From: Akkermansiaceae bacterium
GTDB taxonomy: Bacteria; Verrucomicrobiota; Verrucomicrobiia; Verrucomicrobiales; Akkermansiaceae
Assembly (NCBI GenBank): GCA_051251915.1
Contig: JBPOGF010000010.1
Span: 64,001-128,000 of the forward strand
Direction of reading: 5' to 3'
Length of the DNA stretch: 64,000 nt
A model generated the notes under the pieces. That model did no database searches, was not told the DNA's origin, and saw only the letters and a program-made list of their open reading frames with translations. How positions within the stretch are numbered: the first letter of the stretch is position 1; the number at the start of each line of letters is the position of its first letter. Positions 40,201-49,434 of the stretch are shown here, piece by piece. The translations under genes and the position numbers were made by a program.

Positions 40201-41518
40201 CTTTCTAGCTCGCAAAGCTCTGGAAAGCTACACTTCTTACCTGAAGACCTTCCTCTCATCTCCAGAAGGAGAAACAGTCAACCCAGAAAACCGTCTCTGG
40301 GCACTACAAGCCCTCTCTGACTCAGAACGCGAAGAAGCATTCATTCAGATCTGGGAAAAGGCAAAGAACTCTGCGATCGATGATAACACATTCATCGCAA
40401 TCTCGACGATGCTAGGAAATGACAAAGTGCGAAACGCCGTGACTCCAGCGTTTAAGTCCGACTCTGCGAAAATGCTAGACCTAGCATTACGCAACTACAC
40501 GAGTATCAATGGTCCTGGCGTCGCTTTATTTTATAAAGATGAATTAGAGGAAAAACTTACCTCTGGAGACCAGGAAAAAGTCAGTGAAGCACTAGATATC
40601 ATCAATAAACTTCACTCACCACACCATACGCAGACACTCGATAAATTAGCGGCAACCTACAAGGAGTCCCCTCTCCTCACGGTGATCATTTCAGCCTTTG
40701 GTCATGATGCCAAAGCGCCTGCTACATTCTATAGCAAGTTGTTTCAGGATTCTAGCCTAAGCTTCACAACCAGATTACAAGCCCTGTCTGCCCTAGTGAT
40801 AAAAACCCCTAAAGCGACTACAAACGCCGCTCTAGAATGGATAGCGACTCTATCAGATTCTGAAAAATCTCAAGCGGTAAAACAGTTAGCCTACTCAGGA
40901 CAAGGAGCTGCAGTGATCTTACAACTTAAGAGCAAAGAAATCATTACTGATGAGATGCTGGACTACAAAACAGCAGTCATCATGAATCAGTATCTAGGTA
41001 AAAGAAATAAAGAGATGAAGGCTATCATGGTAAAGGCGTCTAAAGCTGAAGGAAGCAGAAAAAGGACGCTGGCTAACAAAGTGAAAGCATACACGGAAAG
41101 CGTTCCTAAGCTGAAAGGAAATGCTGCTACTGGACAAGCTCTCTACGGCTCATGTCTTGCATGTCACGCAGTTGGTGGACAAGGACAAGAAATCGCTCCA
41201 CCGCTCGATGGAGGAAAAGACCGTGATGTAGCGCATCTCATCACTGCGATCATGAATCCAGATGTGGCTGTAGAAGCAGTGTATGGGCTCTCCTACGCAG
41301 TCCGTACAGATGGCTTCGCTGTAGAAGGTTATCTTAAAAAATCTGATGACTCTGGTGTCATTATAGCACAGATGGGCGGAGTTAAAACATTCATCCCAAG
41401 CAGCCAACTTCTTACCCTAGGGAGTGTCCAAGGTAGATCGTTCATGCCAGCTCACTATTCTGAGCTTGAAGAGCAAACTATGGCTGACCTGGTAGAGTAT
41501 ATCAAAGGCATTAAATAA
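37202..41518 (+). CDS. PVC-type heme-binding CxxCH multidomain protein: DUF1080 + beta-sandwich + dehydrogenase-like propeller + HEAT repeats + cytochrome c
   Basis: SLFDGKSLEGW, NSGIQIRS, GYQID (DUF1080); FDFETGDLQGW...WGHITLD; LSPAEQLAGFTVPEGFVIELVASE; FRPVNLEFGPDGCLYIADWYN; CLACH. Confidence 0.85.
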   Translation: MKIPIQSLLLLLVSLTSLQATPISLFDGKSLEGWEYNEDIWRVEDGVITGGSTTEKIKTNYFISTKQSFQNFELKLTIKCSGDPKTGLINSGIQIRSIRAGGERVSGYQIDCGRKWFGKIYDEHRRKKTIAMPVDEPALLKVIDTYGWNDYRIRAEGTRIRVWINDVLATDYTEENPNIALDGIIAPQVHSGGVALVQFKDITIEELPPTPDAPTWESLGGVKEAIQLVRAPRPPKVEEKGNPQEKIPVPPKGADRVNFDFETGDLQGWHKIEGFLGHPVADNALNRNGDTPSNKEGKFFLSSLEAVKGSASDKQIGIIESPVFELTGDTIQLAVSGGRHASTFVGLYTLDGKEIQRASGNNSELFVPKTWNVAQWVGKPVYLRLVDQSQGSWGHITLDAFSAQGKLLPEETKKRIVVAKPVSGKVTKSGGEGALSPAEQLAGFTVPEGFVIELVASEENGLINPIDMTFDDAGRLWTQTARMYPLDPAPGVPFAEAMKLMKDPNLAEKYPKVTDFIELYKLEKRGSDQILIIDDPTKKATGQLHVWADGLTIPQSIMPYKNGAFVAHGSELFFLSDENGDGKQDKMTPKFTGFGIFDTHTMAHSIVRGPGGWMHFSHGAVNSGNVEVVETGKKLNVTFSKNLRFKNDGSELEILNCHKDNNWGYQVRENGQWYATSANDGGYSVLPFEFMMSIAGNGNDKIRDYSPFFPPIHKFRVGASGISGLAFSEDGAMSFPPEWKDVAFLANPMTRKLNAVRIKRNKDGSVSAEHLPDFLSSKDEWFRPVNLEFGPDGCLYIADWYNKIISHNSIDRNHPDRDKSNGRIWRIRHKSQQPGKIPNLIETKNADLVKHLSAETSWEKRAAWHQIVDRQAEELIPQIKTVVKDPHQSLGTRVTAIWCLEGLNAFDKSLLQDLMESGDDDIKREAIRSLGTFKPSADVVAELLAPYLEDKNAAVRSQVLRTLEEVKTANSDTIALLLKACKPSLPGNSLGGSYERNFERFLARKALESYTSYLKTFLSSPEGETVNPENRLWALQALSDSEREEAFIQIWEKAKNSAIDDNTFIAISTMLGNDKVRNAVTPAFKSDSAKMLDLALRNYTSINGPGVALFYKDELEEKLTSGDQEKVSEALDIINKLHSPHHTQTLDKLAATYKESPLLTVIISAFGHDAKAPATFYSKLFQDSSLSFTTRLQALSALVIKTPKATTNAALEWIATLSDSEKSQAVKQLAYSGQGAAVILQLKSKEIITDEMLDYKTAVIMNQYLGKRNKEMKAIMVKASKAEGSRKRTLANKVKAYTESVPKLKGNAATGQALYGSCLACHAVGGQGQEIAPPLDGGKDRDVAHLITAIMNPDVAVEAVYGLSYAVRTDGFAVEGYLKKSDDSGVIIAQMGGVKTFIPSSQLLTLGSVQGRSFMPAHYSELEEQTMADLVEYIKGIK

Positions 41519-41559
41519 ATCATGAAGTCCAATAATATATTCAATTAGTGAAATCAAAA

Positions 41560-42981
41560 ATGCGTTTTAAAAAAATACTCTCACTTGTCTCTGCAGCGCT
41601 ATGGACAGTCAATCCGCTGTCTGCAGCAGAGCTCCAGCCACCCAACATCGTAGTCATCTTTGCGGATGATCTCGGCTATGGCGATCTCGGCTGCTACGGC
41701 GCAAAATACAAAACGCCTGCACTGGATAAAATGGCTGCAGAGGGTTTCCGCTCGACTGATATGTTCGTAGCTTCCAACGTGTGTGGTCCCTCGCGTACGG
41801 CACTGCTCACTGGAAGATATCCGATGCGTAATGGTCATCCGTATTATCGCAGTAATTACCAGACGAAGAGTGGGAGTTTTTATGCACTCCACCCCGATGA
41901 GATCACGCTCGCTGAGTTACTCAAGCCAGCAGGTTACAGCACCTTTGCCGTCGGCAAATGGCATCTGGGCTTCTGGGAAAAAGGGGCTCATCCGTTAGAT
42001 ACAGGATTCGATACCTATTATGGACTGCCACATAACTATAGTGGCAAAGCTCATCCCTCCGCCAAATCACTTGTTCGAGATCGGGAAATTCTTGAGAAAA
42101 AGGTTCCATTTCAAAAGATCACCTCAAGTTACAACCGAGAAGTCGTTAAATTCATCGAAGCACAGCAGAAGGACAAGCCATTCTTCATCTACATGGCACA
42201 CCAGATCGCACATACGCCGATTCTGCCGAGCGAGACTTTTAAGGGTTCTACTAAAAAGGGTAATTATGTTGATTTTGTCAACGAACTTGATCACAGCGTA
42301 GCTGTCGTTCTGCAGTCACTGAAAGACAATGATCTGGATGAAAATACTCTGGTAGTTTTTCTCTCAGACAATGGTCCGACTGGAAAGGGCTCTGCAGGTC
42401 CTCTAGCTGGAGGAAAGTACGTAACGATGGATGGAGGCCACCGCGTTCCAGCCATCTTCCGCTGGCCAGGAACTATTCCAGCTGGAAAGACCTCGGCGAC
42501 AACCATCACCAGCATGGATCTTTTTCCACTATTTGCCGATTTAGCAGGTGTGGAACTACCAAAAGACCGGACGATGGATGGTAAGAACATTCACGAAGTT
42601 CTGCTTGGAAAAACAGATGAATCACCCCATGAGTTTCTCTATTATTATAATGGATTGAACCTGCAGGCAGTGCGCAAAGGAAAATGGAAGCTTCATTTGC
42701 CACGCACCATAGAAGCTCAGCCTTATTGGGGCAAAAAGCAGAAAAAAGGATTCACCGAGCTAAAAGAAAACTTTCTCGTAGATCTAGCTACTGATATTGG
42801 CGAAAAAGAGAATGTCGCGACTGCTAATCCGGAGGTGGTTGCCATACTCATGAAGGAAGCAGACCGCATCCGCACTGAGCTAGGAGATTACGAGCAAAAG
42901 GGCACAGACCAACGTCCAAGTTGGCCTCCCGCACAAGAAACTCAAAAAAACAGAATAAAGAAAACAAATGAAATTAAATAA
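41560..42981 (+). CDS. Secreted arylsulfatase
   Basis: [26 protein letters not shown]. Confidence 0.95.
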   Translation: MRFKKILSLVSAALWTVNPLSAAELQPPNIVVIFADDLGYGDLGCYGAKYKTPALDKMAAEGFRSTDMFVASNVCGPSRTALLTGRYPMRNGHPYYRSNYQTKSGSFYALHPDEITLAELLKPAGYSTFAVGKWHLGFWEKGAHPLDTGFDTYYGLPHNYSGKAHPSAKSLVRDREILEKKVPFQKITSSYNREVVKFIEAQQKDKPFFIYMAHQIAHTPILPSETFKGSTKKGNYVDFVNELDHSVAVVLQSLKDNDLDENTLVVFLSDNGPTGKGSAGPLAGGKYVTMDGGHRVPAIFRWPGTIPAGKTSATTITSMDLFPLFADLAGVELPKDRTMDGKNIHEVLLGKTDESPHEFLYYYNGLNLQAVRKGKWKLHLPRTIEAQPYWGKKQKKGFTELKENFLVDLATDIGEKENVATANPEVVAILMKEADRIRTELGDYEQKGTDQRPSWPPAQETQKNRIKKTNEIK

Positions 42982-44575
42982 AATAATCGGACTGAGTCTA
43001 TTCGGAGCTGTTTCAGGCCTGTGTATGGCTGATCAAACGCCGCCTAATGTCGTATTAATTTTTGCTGATGACTTAGGTTATGGTGACCTAAGCTGCTATG
43101 GCGCCACTAAGGTGCAGACGCCGAACATCGATAAGCTAGCCACCGAGGGGCGCCGATTTACGGATGCGCATTCCCCTTCGGCTGTGTGCACACCGTCGCG
43201 TTATGGCCTTATGACCGGTGAATATCCGATGCGGGCGAACGAGGGACGTGGACTTTGGGGTCCGTGTTCTCCCACCAGCAAATTGCTAATTGATACCGAT
43301 AAGATGACGATCGCCTCACTTCTGAAGCAGAAGGGCTATGATACATCGTGCTTTGGTAAATGGCATCTTGGATTTGGAACAGGAACCACTGATTATGCTA
43401 AACCCTTGCGCCCTGGTCCATTGGAGTTGGGGTTTGACTACTACTTCGGCGTTCCTGTGGTGAACAGTGCTCCGCCTTACGTTTATGTGGAAAATGATAC
43501 AGTGGTAGGCATGACTGCAGACGATCCGATCGTCTTACTCGATAAACAAGACAGAAAAGGAAATGTAACACCGCTCACCAAGTTAACCAAAGAACATGGG
43601 GCTCGGGTAGGCAATTGGTTTGGCGGCGCGAAAGCGGCGCATAAGCTCTATAACGACTTCGAGTTGGGAACCGAGTTGACCAACCGAGCGACGAAATGGA
43701 TCGGTGAGCGTGGGTCGAATCCGTTCTTTCTCTATCTGGCAACGACCAATATTCACCACCCATTTACGCCACACCCGCGTTTTCAGGGAACCAGCAAAGC
43801 GGGACTCTATGGCGACTTTATTCATGAGCTTGACTGGATGGTCGGGGAAGTGGTGAAGGCGCTAGAAGCAAAAGGCGTAGCGGATAATACGCTGATCATC
43901 TTTACCAGCGATAACGGCGGTATGTTTAATCATAATGCCTATCAAGCCTTCCAAGACGGTCATCGTCAGAATGGCGATCTGCTAGGCTTTAAATTCGGAG
44001 CGTGGGAAGGCGGACACCGTATTCCATTCATTGCTAAATGGCCTGGCAAAATAAAGCCGGACACGGTTTCTACACAGATGATCAGCAGCGTGGATTTGCT
44101 GGCGACGTTTGCAGCGATTACTGAGCAGGACGTTGATTCGGCAAAGTTGGCGGATAGTGTAAACATCTTGCCGGCTTTAGTTACGGACACTGAAAAGCCA
44201 GTGCGTGAAACCTTGCTAGTCACACCGCGATACGCAGCGCAGATAATGGTGCGTAAAGGTAAGTGGTGTTATATCGGGGCGCAGAATTCCGGTGGATTTA
44301 ACGGCCAACCGGGAAGTCATGCCGCGGGAGGATCCATTTCCGCAGCCTATATCGGCAACCTAAACAGTGACTTTGACGCGAAAGGTATCTACAAGCCAGA
44401 TGCCCCAGAAGCGCAGCTCTATGATTTGGAAGCGGACGTCAACCAGACGAAGAATGTATATACGGACTACCCTGAAGTAGTGCAGCAAATGAAGACCCTC
44501 CTCGCGGAAGCGACTAAGGGCGTAAAACTTCCTAGCGAAAAAAGGGCGGTTCCTAAACCACCGGCAAAGAAATAA
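42968..44575 (+). CDS. Secreted arylsulfatase
   Basis: [33 protein letters not shown]. Confidence 0.95.
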   Translation: MKLNKIIGLSLFGAVSGLCMADQTPPNVVLIFADDLGYGDLSCYGATKVQTPNIDKLATEGRRFTDAHSPSAVCTPSRYGLMTGEYPMRANEGRGLWGPCSPTSKLLIDTDKMTIASLLKQKGYDTSCFGKWHLGFGTGTTDYAKPLRPGPLELGFDYYFGVPVVNSAPPYVYVENDTVVGMTADDPIVLLDKQDRKGNVTPLTKLTKEHGARVGNWFGGAKAAHKLYNDFELGTELTNRATKWIGERGSNPFFLYLATTNIHHPFTPHPRFQGTSKAGLYGDFIHELDWMVGEVVKALEAKGVADNTLIIFTSDNGGMFNHNAYQAFQDGHRQNGDLLGFKFGAWEGGHRIPFIAKWPGKIKPDTVSTQMISSVDLLATFAAITEQDVDSAKLADSVNILPALVTDTEKPVRETLLVTPRYAAQIMVRKGKWCYIGAQNSGGFNGQPGSHAAGGSISAAYIGNLNSDFDAKGIYKPDAPEAQLYDLEADVNQTKNVYTDYPEVVQQMKTLLAEATKGVKLPSEKRAVPKPPAKK

Positions 44576-44593
44576 ATAGAATACTCGAGCTAT

Positions 44594-44755
44594 ATGAAAC
44601 GAACTCTATGTGCCGCGATGTTGTCCACAACTGCGATTGTGAATCTGAATGCGGTGAAACCCAACAAAAGGCTAGCTGCCGAGAGCGGAGACGAACAGTT
44701 GAAACCGAATATCCTGATCATCATGGCAGATGATATGAGCTATGGTGAAGTTTAG
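44594..44755 (+). pseudogene. Sulfatase N-terminal fragment (53 aa)
   Basis: MKRTLCAAMLSTTAIVNLNAV...KPNILIIMADDMSYGEV*. Confidence 0.85.
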
Positions 44756-44848
44756 GCTTTAGAGACCTTTATAAGTCAGGTATGTAAATTTTGATGTGAA
44801 ATTTTATCACACATATTGTAAAAAGGGCTAACTACGACGATACAGAAT

Positions 44849-45598
44849 ATGACAAACCGAAACTGGAAATTGATGATTATTTTGGTCGCTTTATTGAGCT
44901 CGGTTTTAGCCTCAGCAAAAGAAGAACCTGAGGTGAGAAAAGTAGCCTGTGTGGGCGATAGTATAACCTATGGATTCGGACTAAAAGATAGGAAAATCCA
45001 AAGTTATCCTGCTCAACTTGCCAAGATTCTCGGTAATGAATGGTCAATACGAAATTTTGGGCGTAATGGTCGAACGGTGTTAAAGCAAGGGCACGCACCA
45101 TACTGGAAAACTCCAGAATATAAAGCAGCATTGAAGATGAAACCCGATATTGTGATTATTAAATTAGGGACAAACGATTTGAGGGCTATGAACTGGGAGA
45201 AACACAGCGCAGAATATATTTCCGATTATGTGGAGCTTATTCGTTCCTTTCAGGCACTAGAAAGCAAGCCGAGTATCTGGGTATGCTATCCAGTCCCTAT
45301 TCATCCAGGTCACGATAAGATCAAATTTAATAACAATGTGATAAAGAATGAGCTAATTCCGCGTATAGATGAAGTTGCAAAGCAAACCGGAGCCAATATT
45401 ATCGATCTTCATACAGCCCTGAGTGATAAGAAAAAAATGTTCCCTGATCATGTTCACCCAAACGCTGAGGGTGCGAAGCTGATCGCAAAAACTATCTCAA
45501 GAGCAATTGCAGAAAAGATACCTACCAAAACTGAAGAAGACCTTACAGAAGCGACTCCAAAATCCGAAGCCAGACGACCTGCAAAGAAAACAAAATAA
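44849..45598 (+). CDS. Secreted GDSL/SGNH esterase (acetylxylan/sialate O-acetylesterase-like)
   Basis: VACVGDSITYG, NFGRNG, KLGTND, DHVHPN. Confidence 0.9.
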   Translation: MTNRNWKLMIILVALLSSVLASAKEEPEVRKVACVGDSITYGFGLKDRKIQSYPAQLAKILGNEWSIRNFGRNGRTVLKQGHAPYWKTPEYKAALKMKPDIVIIKLGTNDLRAMNWEKHSAEYISDYVELIRSFQALESKPSIWVCYPVPIHPGHDKIKFNNNVIKNELIPRIDEVAKQTGANIIDLHTALSDKKKMFPDHVHPNAEGAKLIAKTISRAIAEKIPTKTEEDLTEATPKSEARRPAKKTK

Positions 45599-45649
45599 GC
45601 AACGTCTAAACTCTATCCATTGAAGAAAGGTCCTTAACTCTGTTCTCTT

Positions 45650-45751
45650 TCTGTGCCGACGCGTGCGGCGATCATGTGCGGTCGCCATGAGTTTCGAGTA
45701 GGGATCACGCATACGATTATGATGAGCAAGCGTATGGACCTCAACGCTTAG
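45650..45751 (+). pseudogene. Sulfatase active-site-region fragment
   Basis: SVPTRAAIMCGRHEFRVGITHTIMMSKRM* resembles the arylsulfatase CxPTRAALMTGRHEFRxGVTHTI segment. Confidence 0.7.
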
Positions 45752-45783
45752 TTCTAATACTCAAGTAAATTTTCCAGTTGAAT

Positions 45784-46440
45784 CTATTTATCTTGGTGGA
45801 AAATACCCGTTTGGTATGCTTTGGCTACGGCCGATGGGGCATTGGGAACATCAAGTTTACTGTAGATGTTATGAATGTACTCGGAGACGGTGTGGACGCT
45901 GATTTTTAGTTGGGAGGCTATCATTTTTTGTGCTTGGCCTTCTGCTATGAGTGTTAGAATTTCCAGCTCTCGTTTTGAGAGGTCAGTATCCAGCGATGAT
46001 TTTGATGGTGTCTGTTTTACGGTGTCGAGGATGTATTGAGAAACTCCGGGATCCAGTGTGGCTCCGCCTTGGTAGACGGCTTGGATGCCTGCCATGAGTT
46101 GATCGATCGAGGTTGATTTTAGCAGATAACCTGATGCACCTAATCGGATAGCAAGTAGAACATCGGCTTCTCTGTCTGATTGGGTAAGGACAATGATTTT
46201 TGTTTGAGGACTCTGTTCTTTAAAAAGAGGGATGGAATCTAAGCCTGATATTCCTGGGAGATTGAGGTCAAGTAGAAGGATATCAGGGGTAGGATTACCG
46301 TGTAGGCTCTGAAGAGCAAATTCTGAGGCTCCGAACTCTGCAATGAGTTCCATGTTGGAAGCTCGGTCTAGGGTGCAGGCAATGCCTTTTCGGTAGGCTA
46401 GGTTGTCTTCCACCAGCATGATTTTGATTTGTTGTTTCAT
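45784..46440 (-). CDS. NarL/LuxR-family response regulator 3
   Basis: IMLVEDN, LLDLNLP, GYLLK, LSKRELEIL HTH. Confidence 0.95.
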   Translation of the reverse strand: MKQQIKIMLVEDNLAYRKGIACTLDRASNMELIAEFGASEFALQSLHGNPTPDILLLDLNLPGISGLDSIPLFKEQSPQTKIIVLTQSDREADVLLAIRLGASGYLLKSTSIDQLMAGIQAVYQGGATLDPGVSQYILDTVKQTPSKSSLDTDLSKRELEILTLIAEGQAQKMIASQLKISVHTVSEYIHNIYSKLDVPNAPSAVAKAYQTGIFHQDK

Positions 46441-46462
46441 AGGGGTAAGTTTTTTGTCTGCG

Positions 46463-48436
46463 TTAAAATACTATTCGGAGGATGATTTTTGTTCCGCCGA
46501 ATTTGGGATTTTCGAGAGTGAGTTTAGATTTGAGTAATCTGGCACGTCGTTTGAGTGAGCTGGGTGGTTTGATGACTCCTTTGCCGTTGTCATAGACGGT
46601 CAAGAGAGCTTCTTTATTGTTGGCGATTAATGAAGTTTCTACGCGAGTGGCAGCTGAGTGACGGATGATGTTGGTAATGCATTCTTTGTAGAATAGAAAT
46701 ACACCGATACGTTTTCGAGGAGGCAGACTTTGAAGCATTTCTTCATTTTCAAAGGTGATCTCATGCTCCAAATCTGCTCTCAGTTGCTCCGCGAGCCTTT
46801 TCATATCTTCGACAAGGTTTGAGTAGAGTTCTCTAGCTTCCAACATGTTGGCACAGTAGCGGGCGGTTTTTCCGGTATGCTCGGTGAGTGAGCGGATTTC
46901 ATCTACATATTGAACCAGTTGATCCCATTGGCCGTCTTTGCCCGTTTCGTTGACTTCTTGTTTAGCGAGATCGCCAAACAGTCCGATGGCATGGAGGTTG
47001 GCACCAAGTTCATCGTGGAGATTGGCTGCGATGCGTTCACGGGTATGAGTAACGGCTCGCTGACGGAGGATCCGAGTAATCAGGACGATGATGATCACTC
47101 CAGCAGCGAGTAGTGCAGCAAGCCAACGCATCATCGTCAGGTTTTCTTTTTGACGCGTGTAATGTCCTTGCAAAGCTGCCGCAATAACCGGGCGTTCGGC
47201 CTCTAGTTCGTGGCGGCGAGCCAATTCATTGAGCCACTTCCGGATAGGTAGCAGATCTCCATAAAAATTACGTCCATCAGTGAGAGCGCTCAATTTGCGG
47301 ACACCTTGTCTGAGATAGATAGGGTCGGCTATAAGAAAATCTTTTCCTAGTGCGACATTTTCATCACTAGAAAAGAACTCAATTTCGGCAAATCCCAAGC
47401 GGCTATTGGGGGGAGCATCAATGGACGATATTTTGATATAGCGACAGGTTGTTTCAGGGATATTCCACATCATGATAGGTCCCGTATTCTGTATACTTTC
47501 TTTATGGAAATCCAGTAATGTGACGGCGTCAGAAAAGTCAGGGCTGGATGACCCTGTGATGAGTAGATGATCAGGAATACCCAGATCGCCAGCCTGTGAC
47601 TGAGGGATCATATCGCTCTGATCTAGAGTATGCATGTGGATACGATTGAGAGAGGTAGGCTCACCCAAATCGAGGTGCAATGTTGGTAACGATACTATTT
47701 TGCTGATGAAACCGATGCTCTGGAGTCCATGGGCTGCATCCATCAAGTAAGGGGTGTGGCCATCAACTAGAAAGCGTTTATCCCATGCTCTTCCCTGTAA
47801 TCTCGGGGTTGACGAGGTTTTAACAGGCCGCCTGAGTGCAACGTTCGTTTCACCATTAAAGATCATCACCTCCGAGAGTTGAAATAGATAATTCCCGTCA
47901 AATGAGCGTTTTGACAGCTCTTGTGCCTCAATCCTTACCCAAGATGCCTTCACTCCATAGGTCTGAAAAATGATGGGTTTAATTCGAGAATGAGTATATT
48001 CTTTGAAACTGTATTCAGAGACGATCACTCCTTCGCGATCTTGATCGGTTCCCACGATGATGCGGAATTCTACCGGCAAGCCGTCTGCTTGAAATCCATC
48101 GTGCGTATCACGTCTAATGGTGGGGGTTAGTATAATCTCGTCTAGCGGGGTTTCCTCCGCGAGTTTAATCTCTATCCATTCGGTATGGTGTGGACTGTCG
48201 TGAGTGACGGAGCGATAGCCTAGAGATCCGATTCCACTGCGCATGCTGTAGTGGGCTAGTTGCTGTAGCTCGGTATCGGTATCTTCCAGACGTTGCTCAA
48301 GTTCAGGAAGGGAAAGTTTTTGAGGGTTAGCAACGCTAGTCTGAGTAGACAGCAGGCTACTTAGCAAAAACAAAATGGAAATGGTTCGATGCTGCCACAT
48401 TAGAATTCTTGTAACATAAATAGATGGTTTGTCCAT
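46463..48436 (-). CDS. Sensor histidine kinase 3
   Basis: EWIEIKL discoidin-like region; TM; NLHDELGANLHAI; KECITNIIRHS; DNGKG. Confidence 0.9.
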   Translation of the reverse strand: MDKPSIYVTRILMWQHRTISILFLLSSLLSTQTSVANPQKLSLPELEQRLEDTDTELQQLAHYSMRSGIGSLGYRSVTHDSPHHTEWIEIKLAEETPLDEIILTPTIRRDTHDGFQADGLPVEFRIIVGTDQDREGVIVSEYSFKEYTHSRIKPIIFQTYGVKASWVRIEAQELSKRSFDGNYLFQLSEVMIFNGETNVALRRPVKTSSTPRLQGRAWDKRFLVDGHTPYLMDAAHGLQSIGFISKIVSLPTLHLDLGEPTSLNRIHMHTLDQSDMIPQSQAGDLGIPDHLLITGSSSPDFSDAVTLLDFHKESIQNTGPIMMWNIPETTCRYIKISSIDAPPNSRLGFAEIEFFSSDENVALGKDFLIADPIYLRQGVRKLSALTDGRNFYGDLLPIRKWLNELARRHELEAERPVIAAALQGHYTRQKENLTMMRWLAALLAAGVIIIVLITRILRQRAVTHTRERIAANLHDELGANLHAIGLFGDLAKQEVNETGKDGQWDQLVQYVDEIRSLTEHTGKTARYCANMLEARELYSNLVEDMKRLAEQLRADLEHEITFENEEMLQSLPPRKRIGVFLFYKECITNIIRHSAATRVETSLIANNKEALLTVYDNGKGVIKPPSSLKRRARLLKSKLTLENPKFGGTKIILRIVF

Positions 48437-48465
48437 TATGCGAGTCGGTAAACCTCGCTTTTCTG

Positions 48466-48512
48466 ACCCCCTGAAATCAGGGGGTTGTCGGATACTGACT
48501 ATGTGGGAAGAT
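48466..48512 (+). promoter_or_regulatory. Palindromic operator plus putative promoter of PEP-CTERM gene 4
   Basis: ACCCCCTGA-AA-TCAGGGGGT (perfect 9-bp arms) overlapping TTGTCG-N16-GAAGAT. Confidence 0.6.
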
Positions 48513-48609
48513 ACACGTCTCGTTCATGGGTGAGGCTGGCTACTAGACTTGCATTTTCGCCAATTTGCCATCGGAAGAGACATTCGAAAAAAACCACATA
48601 TACTAGAAA

Positions 48610-49326
48610 ATGAAAATAAAAACCATCTCAATATTTGCAGCCTTTGCTACGCTCTCAATGTCGGCTAACGCAGCAACTATCTCTATCCTCAATATGTCAG
48701 CAGAGGATACACTGACTCAAAATAGTGTCGCGAAGACTGAATCCGGATTCGACGTCACCGTCAGTGCTTTAGTAGATGGCGCGAGGACGTTTAGCTTTAC
48801 CCAAACTGGTGATCTTGATGGAGGCTCTATTGATGACACACTGAGCTTTAATCTGGTCTACGAAGCCTACACAGGTTCAACGTTCGACGGAACCGATGTG
48901 ACACTAGGGACTGCATCGACACCTAATGTTAACAACGTCAACTGGCACAACAACGAATTTACCTCGGGTAATACGCTTTCACTAGCGGTGACAGACATTG
49001 TTTACACCGATGGTGAGGGTGATGAGACGCTTAGTTTTGATGGATTCACGGCGATTAACCCAACCAACTATAGTAGTGCGGTTGCTGGTGACGTTGATTA
49101 CTATGTAGGATTACTTGGGGCTACAACCATAACAGGTGATCCCACATTCACTGCCAATCTTACCTCCAGTGGAACGGGGCCACTCTACTTTACTGCTTCA
49201 GATGGACCAGTTCGCCTGAGGAATCTAGACTTTCAGTTCGAGACATCGCCAATCCCTGAGCCAAGTAGTACTGCACTTCTTGGACTAGGGTTTGCAGCTT
49301 TTGCACTGCGTCGTAGACGTGTCTAG
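48610..49326 (+). CDS. PEP-CTERM surface protein 4
   Basis: Signal peptide; IPEPSSTALLGLGFAAFALRRRRV. Confidence 0.95.
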   Translation: MKIKTISIFAAFATLSMSANAATISILNMSAEDTLTQNSVAKTESGFDVTVSALVDGARTFSFTQTGDLDGGSIDDTLSFNLVYEAYTGSTFDGTDVTLGTASTPNVNNVNWHNNEFTSGNTLSLAVTDIVYTDGEGDETLSFDGFTAINPTNYSSAVAGDVDYYVGLLGATTITGDPTFTANLTSSGTGPLYFTASDGPVRLRNLDFQFETSPIPEPSSTALLGLGFAAFALRRRRV

Positions 49327-49360
49327 GTTGTCAGACTTGATCTGGAGATTCTAAATTTTC

Positions 49361-49393
49361 ATCCCCGGCTAGCCTCATGTGCTGTCTGGGGAT
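49361..49393 (+). terminator. Hairpin after PEP-CTERM gene 4
   Basis: ATCCCCGG..AGC / GCT..CTGGGGAT followed by ATTTATTT. Confidence 0.5.
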
Positions 49394-49434
49394 ATTTATT
49401 TACAAGGAAGAAGAAAAATCTATATAATTGAATA

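Noticed and set aside
44795..44811. CRP-like TGTGA...TCACA upstream of the GDSL gene
   Set aside because: The spacer is 7 nt rather than 6, it occurs once, and it lies in AT-rich DNA.
48514..48582. Possible structured 5' leader or riboswitch of PEP-CTERM 4 (GTCTC...GAGAC pairing)
   Set aside because: The pairing is plausible, but it matches no RNA family I recognise and is not shared by the other leaders.
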